Origin: Pontiella sp.
GTDB lineage: Bacteria > Verrucomicrobiota > Kiritimatiellia > Kiritimatiellales > Pontiellaceae
Assembly: GCA_050290185.1 (NCBI GenBank)
Contig: JBNKHE010000003.1
Span: 256,001-320,000, forward strand
Length of the DNA stretch: 64,000 nucleotides
Direction of reading: 5' to 3'
Made by a program: the position numbers and the translations under genes. This document shows, in pieces, positions 58,232 to 64,000 of this stretch (positions within the stretch are counted from its first letter, which is position 1; each line of letters opens with the position of its first letter). The notes beneath the pieces were generated by a model. The model did no database searches, had not been told where the DNA came from, and saw only the letters and a list, made by a program, of their open reading frames with translations.

Positions 58232-59194
58232 TTAATCGGAGATTATAACGGTTGTTTTTCGGGGAACCAGATCAAACAGCTCCTCGACATTCTCGTTAAG
58301 CATGCGGATGCAACCCGCGCTGGACTGTTTTCCAATGCTGTCGCGTTCCCATGTTCCATGAATGCCGAAGCCAGTCAGTTCGGGGTGGTCTTCCGCTTTC
58401 AGGGCCATCCAACGGGTTCCCAATACATTTTCCGGATCTCCGTATTCGATCTGCCGGTTGTCGGACGGTCGGGTCCATGGGGGCTCGGCAATCTTATCCA
58501 CGATGAAGAATTCAACGGCGGGGGTTTTTCCAAACTTGCCTGTTCCAACTGAATAGCGCTTGAACAACTTTCCGTCCATGAGCAAGTCGAGGCGGTTGTG
58601 GGTTTTTGAGACGCGAATTGTAAAGTTGCTGTTATAGACCAGCAGACGGGCTCCTGCCCGTATGTTATCGGTTTTCAGTCCGTTCATTGCCTTGATCAGT
58701 GCGACCGTTGTATTGAACTTTTTCGCGATCTTCTGCAGGTAGTCTCCGGGCTGAATAACATAGTATTCCTTACCCGGCATCATCAGGGCGGATTTCAAAA
58801 GCTTCATATTCACTTCGCCCAGTAACTTGATCGCCTGCGGATCGGATGATGTGGCAACGACCTTGTCGAGAATGGCCTTGGCGCCGACCAGTTGGCCGCC
58901 GGCGATGGCCGCCTGGGCATCGGAGATGGCCGCTTGGGATTCCGGTGTTGAAATGGTGGGCTCCAGGACGGGCGCAGCGGGTTCATTAGGAGCCGTTGGC
59001 AAAGCCAGGTCGGAGGAAGCTGATCCTGAGGGTGATGCCGGTCTTTCCGGAGCCACCTCTTCCTTGCGGTCTTTATGCATGTAAAGATAAACGCCTACCA
59101 AAGCAATCTGGAGGAGTATGACGATAATGAACACCTTTTTCCAGCGACCTCGTCCCCGGGTGTTGTAGGATCCTGCGTAAATTGGTTTTGCCAT
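58232..59194 (-). CDS. LysM-containing L,D-transpeptidase (YkuD family)
   Basis: N-terminal TM helix; LysM (Y.IQPGD.L.KIAKKF.TTV..I...N); GIHGT...SIG..SSAGCIRM catalytic motif. Confidence 0.92.
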   Translation of the reverse strand: MAKPIYAGSYNTRGRGRWKKVFIIVILLQIALVGVYLYMHKDRKEEVAPERPASPSGSASSDLALPTAPNEPAAPVLEPTISTPESQAAISDAQAAIAGGQLVGAKAILDKVVATSSDPQAIKLLGEVNMKLLKSALMMPGKEYYVIQPGDYLQKIAKKFNTTVALIKAMNGLKTDNIRAGARLLVYNSNFTIRVSKTHNRLDLLMDGKLFKRYSVGTGKFGKTPAVEFFIVDKIAEPPWTRPSDNRQIEYGDPENVLGTRWMALKAEDHPELTGFGIHGTWERDSIGKQSSAGCIRMLNENVEELFDLVPRKTTVIISD

Positions 59195-59482
59195 GGTTCT
59201 ATACCTTTGTTTGCTACGAGTCCGCCATTTATGCCGAATAGCCGATTTTGGTGCAATAATAATACGGTTTGAGATCAGATATCCCTGCCTTTGATTACAC
59301 TATTTCAGCTGGTGATGACTGACAATGGCGTAAAATACATCCTTTTTTCCGGGTCTGCAATCGGCCAACCTGTCAGAGCGCGAGTGTTTTGAGCTTAGCG
59401 AATCAGCAATAACGGGCTCATCAGGATTATTTTATAGTACAATCCTTAATTTCATGTTATTTCCTTACGTCCAAGAGGCAAT

Positions 59483-59923
59483 ATGCGGAGGCATATTAAA
59501 ATGCGGGCTGGGTGCCGGGATGGAATCAGGATGTTGTTGCTAATGATAGTATTAGCGGGAATGTCGGTTTCTGCCATGGACCCATATACCAATGCTATTG
59601 ACCCGATGCTGGAGATGGAACCTACCGCAGAGCAGTCTGCCGAACTGCCCAAGGTGACTGCGGTTTACGGGGTTGGCGCCGACGACTACCTGCCTATGAA
59701 GGAAGTGGCGCGACAGCAGCTGCGGCCCAACCTCAGGAAAAGTAGTTCCCGGGTTGCCTTCGATTTGCCCGATGCGTTCTATTTTATCGGAGGCCCGATT
59801 TTTCTGCTGATTTTTTTGCGCGTCCTTGTGTTTTTTCTAAATGACTTCGAGGAAAAACGGAAAGAGGAAATGCGCGTAGCCGCAAGTGAACATGCCCCGG
59901 GCGAGCACAGGTTCGACGAATAG
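59483..59923 (+). CDS. Hypothetical membrane protein (start uncertain)
   Basis: Signal-like LLLMIVLAGMSVSA, a C-terminal TM helix and a charged tail; fills the gap upstream of recN. Confidence 0.55.
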   Translation: MRRHIKMRAGCRDGIRMLLLMIVLAGMSVSAMDPYTNAIDPMLEMEPTAEQSAELPKVTAVYGVGADDYLPMKEVARQQLRPNLRKSSSRVAFDLPDAFYFIGGPIFLLIFLRVLVFFLNDFEEKRKEEMRVAASEHAPGEHRFDE

Positions 59924-59982
59924 TGCGGTTTCCGTCTCTACGGACTTGCCCGTAAGCGGCCTTCGTTGGATACTCCCGATCC

Positions 59983-61644
59983 ATGCTCAGAACCCTAAAG
60001 ATCAAGAATCTCGCACTGGTAGACGATGTTCAGGTCGGCTTTAACGACGGATTGAACGTCATTACCGGAGAAACCGGCGCCGGCAAATCGTTGCTGATGG
60101 GGGCCCTTCGCCTTTTACTTGGTGAACGTGCCGACAAATCGATGATTCGCACCGGTGAAGCCTCCTGCTCTGTCCATGCCGAATTCGGGCTGTCCGATTC
60201 CACACTCGTCGATGCGGTGTTGGCGGATGTCGGACTCGAACCCTGCGATGGCGGGCTTCTTATCATTCGCCGCATCATCACGGAAACGTCGAATAAAACC
60301 CTGGTGAATGATGAAGCGGTGACCTTGCAGGTACTTAAACGCCTCGGGGAAGTCCTTGTGGATATGCACGGCCCCTACGATCATCAGTCGCTTCTTGACC
60401 AGGGGGTTCAACGCGACATCCTCGATGCCTTTGGGCAACTTGATGCGGCAAAAGTTTCCTATCGATCGGAATATTCACAATACCGTGATCTTCAGAAAAA
60501 AATCGACGCACTTAACGCGGACAATGAAGAGGATCTTGAACGGCAAATTGAATTCCTTGATTACCGCGTGAATGAGATTGAAAAGGCGCAGCTGAGCATC
60601 GAGGAAGAGGATGAGGTGGCTGAGGAGCACGGAATGATTGCCAATTCCCAGCAGGTGCTTGAATTGGCCAATGGCGTGGTGAATGCGCTGACCGAAGCCG
60701 AAGGATGCGCATTCGACGGATTGGTAGCCGCCCAGCAGTGCCTCAACCGGCTCATTAAAATGATGCCCGAAGCACAGGAGTGGCACGATGAACTCGAAAG
60801 CGCCGTCACCTCCGTGCAGGACATTGTGCGCTCCATCGAGAATTCAGCGGAAGGAATCGATGCCAGTGCGGAACGGATGCAGTGGCTGGATGACCGGCTT
60901 ACCACGTACCAGACGCTCAAGCGCAAATACGGCGCAACCATCGAAGAAGTTTTAGATAACTGCGTGAAATGGAAAGAGCAACTGGATGAACTTCGTGGCC
61001 GCGACAAAAAGCGGGACGCCTTGCGGATCGAGCAGGATGAGTTGCGCAAGACCATGGAAAAAGCCGGCATGGAACTGCGGAAACAGCGCGAAAACGTGGC
61101 TGACCATCTGTCGGAATGCATCACCCGTGAGCTGGTGGATATTGGTTTCGAACACGGATTTTTCGATGTACAGATCCGGCCCACCGAACCCGGACCCTCC
61201 GGCATGGACGAAATCGAGTTTGGCTTTGCCCCGAACGCCGGCGAGGATATGCGCCCGTTGCGGATGATCGCCTCCAGCGGGGAAATCTCACGCGTCATGC
61301 TCGCCACGAAATCCGTACTCGCAAAACAGGACCGGATTCCCGTCCTGGTGTTCGACGAAATCGATGCCAATGTGGGTGGCGAAATCGGAGGCGCTGTCGG
61401 CCGGAAGCTAGCGCAGGTCGCCCAAAACCATCAGCTCATCTGCATCACCCATCTTCCCCAGGTCGCTGCCTGCGGCACCACCCACCTGGCGGTGTCTAAA
61501 AAGGTCGAGGATGGTCGCACCTACACCGAAGTTGAATTGCTCGATTTCGAGTCCCGTCCAGACGAAATTGCCCGCATGCTGGGTGGCAAGGACAGTACCG
61601 GTGTCACCCTCCAGCACGCCCGCGAAATGCTGGGTTCGGTTTAG
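59983..61644 (+). CDS. recN: DNA repair protein RecN
   Basis: ITGETGAGKS, coiled coil, ASSGEISR.MLA, FDEIDA, ITHLPQVAA, EIARMLGG. Confidence 0.96.
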   Translation: MLRTLKIKNLALVDDVQVGFNDGLNVITGETGAGKSLLMGALRLLLGERADKSMIRTGEASCSVHAEFGLSDSTLVDAVLADVGLEPCDGGLLIIRRIITETSNKTLVNDEAVTLQVLKRLGEVLVDMHGPYDHQSLLDQGVQRDILDAFGQLDAAKVSYRSEYSQYRDLQKKIDALNADNEEDLERQIEFLDYRVNEIEKAQLSIEEEDEVAEEHGMIANSQQVLELANGVVNALTEAEGCAFDGLVAAQQCLNRLIKMMPEAQEWHDELESAVTSVQDIVRSIENSAEGIDASAERMQWLDDRLTTYQTLKRKYGATIEEVLDNCVKWKEQLDELRGRDKKRDALRIEQDELRKTMEKAGMELRKQRENVADHLSECITRELVDIGFEHGFFDVQIRPTEPGPSGMDEIEFGFAPNAGEDMRPLRMIASSGEISRVMLATKSVLAKQDRIPVLVFDEIDANVGGEIGGAVGRKLAQVAQNHQLICITHLPQVAACGTTHLAVSKKVEDGRTYTEVELLDFESRPDEIARMLGGKDSTGVTLQHAREMLGSV

Positions 61645-62135
61645 GGTTGTGCTACGGCAGGACGGCAATCTTGTTCCTGCACGGGGGCTTCAAACAGCGT
61701 CTCCACAGCGTTCCATTGGTTTTCCTCAGCACTTTGAACGGTTTCGATGAGCTGGATCTGAACGTGGGACAGGGGCGTGTTGGCGAGCAGGGCCAGTGGT
61801 CTTGGATCGGTGTGGATTTCCGTTTTTTCCTCGCCGTTCTGAAGGTAGACCATCCGATAGGCGGACTCAGTATCCGGATCCAGTTTCCGAAGGCGTAGTA
61901 CCGGCGGTTTTTTGGCCGCTGCCGTTTTTTTCCGTTTCGCCTTTTTTCGTTTTTGTTGCGACGGAAGATCCGCCGGCGCTTCCAGCGGATAGGAAGCGCC
62001 GCCCAGAACGATGCCGATTTGGCGTTCAAGCTCGAAGATTTCCACGAGGTGGTCTTCGCGCTCCATCAGCAGCTGGTTGATCTGGATCGTTTTTTGCATC
62101 GTATTCCGGGACGAGGGCAGGCGGTTGGTCGGCAA
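61641..62135 (-). CDS. Hypothetical protein B (coiled-coil motif, basic linker, C-terminal domain)
   Basis: Last gene of a same-strand trio. TTG start at 62135 or ATG at 62099. Shares an N-terminal motif with the upstream gene. Confidence 0.7.
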   Translation of the reverse strand: MPTNRLPSSRNTMQKTIQINQLLMEREDHLVEIFELERQIGIVLGGASYPLEAPADLPSQQKRKKAKRKKTAAAKKPPVLRLRKLDPDTESAYRMVYLQNGEEKTEIHTDPRPLALLANTPLSHVQIQLIETVQSAEENQWNAVETLFEAPVQEQDCRPAVAQP

Positions 62136-62543
62136 TTACTCTGCAGCGCCGCTTGTTGCGGTTTTCGATTCTGTCGGTTCAACTTTTTCCGATTCCTTGG
62201 AAGCGGTTTCGTTGGGCTCTTCCTGCTCGGTCGGTGCGGGCTTTTCGCTGGCCGGATCCTTTTCGGGCTTGGGTTTGACGATCTTCGGTTTTGGGCGGGA
62301 GACCGGAGACGGGTTGCTGAATCCTGCGACAGCCACCGGTGGTCCGGGATAGACGAATTCGCCTTCCTTGCCGACCAATTCCTCCACCTGCAGTTCGATT
62401 GCTTCGATCTGGCGGTAGGCTTCTTCGCGCTTGACCAGCAAGTCATCGATCTTGACGCGGGATTCATACGCTTCGCGGATGGTGTCCGCGTCCGCCTGCA
62501 GGATGATGTCGAGTGATGTCAGTTTAACGAGTTTCTTTGCCAT
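62136..62543 (-). CDS. Hypothetical protein A (coiled-coil motif, Pro/Lys/Glu-rich tail)
   Basis: GAGGA RBS; helical N-terminal half and a low-complexity tail. Confidence 0.75.
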   Translation of the reverse strand: MAKKLVKLTSLDIILQADADTIREAYESRVKIDDLLVKREEAYRQIEAIELQVEELVGKEGEFVYPGPPVAVAGFSNPSPVSRPKPKIVKPKPEKDPASEKPAPTEQEEPNETASKESEKVEPTESKTATSGAAE

Positions 62544-62565
62544 GGGATAATCCTCTGGTTATTCA

Positions 62566-64000
62566 CTATTTAAAAAAGTCCACGATGCGGGAGACCAATC
62601 CGCGTTCCCCTTCGGGAGAATTCTCCGGTCCGTCTTCTTGTTCGTCTTCGTTCCCGTGCATGGTTTCAAGCCGTTTTTCAGCAGTCTGGGCGACCGTTTC
62701 ATTCCAGTCCCTGGAAAGTTCTTCGATGGCGGCGCGTGTCAGGACCGGGTTGTCGCACAGCGCAAGCCGTACCTGGGCGGAATCATCGCGCAGGAGTTTG
62801 CGCACATGCGTGTCGGTCAGTTGCTCCGCCGCCGCGGCAAAGGCATGCAGCGAAGGGCGCTTGTGCGCGAGCAACCGATCGATAAGATCGGGTTTCGTTC
62901 CCGCAAAGCGGATTCCGCGCAATGCCAGATGTCCGATCACGTTCATGCTTTCGCGTTTGTTCACAAGAATGTTCAGCTGTTCATCGGTCAGGTCGTCCCG
63001 GTAGGCCATGCACAACCGCACTTCTTCCTGCTCGTGGTGGCACAGTTCGATTTTGACCGTGTTCGTCAGTGCGGGGTTTCCGGCGAGTGATTCGCAACTG
63101 CCACGATCGTTAGAGGCGGCAAACCACAGGGCGACCTCCTCGTCGATCGTCGGATTGGCCGCGAGCGCGATTCGCACTTCGGCATTGGGGTCGTTGGCCA
63201 GTACGTGCTGGATTTCAACGGGCAAGCCTTCGAACCGTGCGGCTTCAATGCGTTGGGAAACCAGTTCGGATTCCGCCTTGGCCAGCCATTCGCTTGCGCT
63301 CGGTGTATGCTGTGCACCCGCAGATTCCTGAACCTCGGCATCCGGGCTGAGGCAGAGCGCCTGAATGATGTTGTCCTTCAACTTGGCTCGGGACAGGAGT
63401 AGACGTTGTGCTTCGGGATCGTCGGAGCGCGCCCAACCCAGCAGCATGCCTTCATCAACCTTGCCGAAGCCGAAGAGGTTGGCCCGGACCACGGCGCTTT
63501 CATCCGCTGACAACGCGTGAACCAGTTCGTCCGGCAGCTTTCCTGTCGATCCCAGGGCAGCGCGGACGCACGGTTCGGGATCAAGTGCCAGCGCGTATTT
63601 GAAATTGGTTCCGATGGCACTGTTTCCCGCGAGCGCGGCACGGACAAGCAGGTTCGGATCGTTCAGCAGGGTGGCGGTAATCTTGGTGTTCTGCTGTTTA
63701 TTGGCGGCCAGCGCGGCCCGGACCTGCGAACCGCCTCTGCTGGCCATGCGCACCAGCAGGAGGTGGGTGCAGCGCGGATTCACTGCAGCGGCGGCCAGGA
63801 TTTCCGGCTCGGGATAGGCCTCGGTCAGGTCTTCAAGCACCTGGCTGGGAACCGTGGGGTAGAGTGCCAGAAACAGCAGGACATCCTTCTCCGGATTATC
63901 GCCGTAAAGCTCGATCAGGACGCGGCTGGGCAGCAGGTTGTGGCGATATTGCTGCACAACCTTGCGCGGGCCGTCCTTGCGGATGGCTTCGAGCAATTCT
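62566..64000 (-). CDS. HEAT/LRV-type repeat protein (5'-truncated by window edge)
   Basis: Many ~24-aa L..D....VR.ALA.NP repeats; the frame is still open at the window edge. Confidence 0.8.
   Translation of the reverse strand, partial: ELLEAIRKDGPRKVVQQYRHNLLPSRVLIELYGDNPEKDVLLFLALYPTVPSQVLEDLTEAYPEPEILAAAAVNPRCTHLLLVRMASRGGSQVRAALAANKQQNTKITATLLNDPNLLVRAALAGNSAIGTNFKYALALDPEPCVRAALGSTGKLPDELVHALSADESAVVRANLFGFGKVDEGMLLGWARSDDPEAQRLLLSRAKLKDNIIQALCLSPDAEVQESAGAQHTPSASEWLAKAESELVSQRIEAARFEGLPVEIQHVLANDPNAEVRIALAANPTIDEEVALWFAASNDRGSCESLAGNPALTNTVKIELCHHEQEEVRLCMAYRDDLTDEQLNILVNKRESMNVIGHLALRGIRFAGTKPDLIDRLLAHKRPSLHAFAAAAEQLTDTHVRKLLRDDSAQVRLALCDNPVLTRAAIEELSRDWNETVAQTAEKRLETMHGNEDEQEDGPENSPEGERGLVSRIVDFFK

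Noticed and set aside
59195..59482. Possible ncRNA in the 288-nt AT-rich spacer
   Set aside because: Only a short AGGATT/AATCCT repeat was found; consistent with divergent promoters.
60561..61370. 269-aa Ser-rich minus-strand ORF
   Set aside because: Antisense to recN; composition reflects the reverse-complemented codons.

Overview
A gene-dense, GC-rich bacterial chromosomal window made mostly of housekeeping genes: hisI, phosphomannomutase, trpEG, nadE, guaB, pgpA, aroC-tatBCA, tRNA-Arg(TCT), an FMN-riboswitch rib operon with nusB/ftsY, TPP-riboswitch thiC, purF, gpmI, lptC/A/B-hpf-hprK-ptsH-ptsI, coaE-rho, folM-like/folB, accA, an L,D-transpeptidase and recN. Gene content and the giant lamin-tail/CotH protein suggest a PVC-superphylum organism, possibly Kiritimatiellota/Verrucomicrobiota (inference only). 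I see no integrase, transposase, prophage, CRISPR array or rRNA. Best leads: (1) an uncharacterised operon at the right edge encoding a HEAT/LRV-repeat protein with a C-terminal amphipathic helix plus two paralogous coiled-coil proteins; (2) a 746-aa membrane protein with protein-kinase-fold motifs but no canonical catalytic Asp; (3) a ~200-nt rod-shaped RNA with a central bubble (6S-like) upstream of trpE; (4) a TPP riboswitch with a substituted pyrophosphate-pocket nucleotide; (5) a 1910-aa secreted CotH kinase with a tandemly duplicated C-terminal domain; (6) a lipoprotein with two fused LptA domains; (7) several families of small intergenic palindromic repeats. All calls come from reading motifs by eye; no database search or folding program was run.
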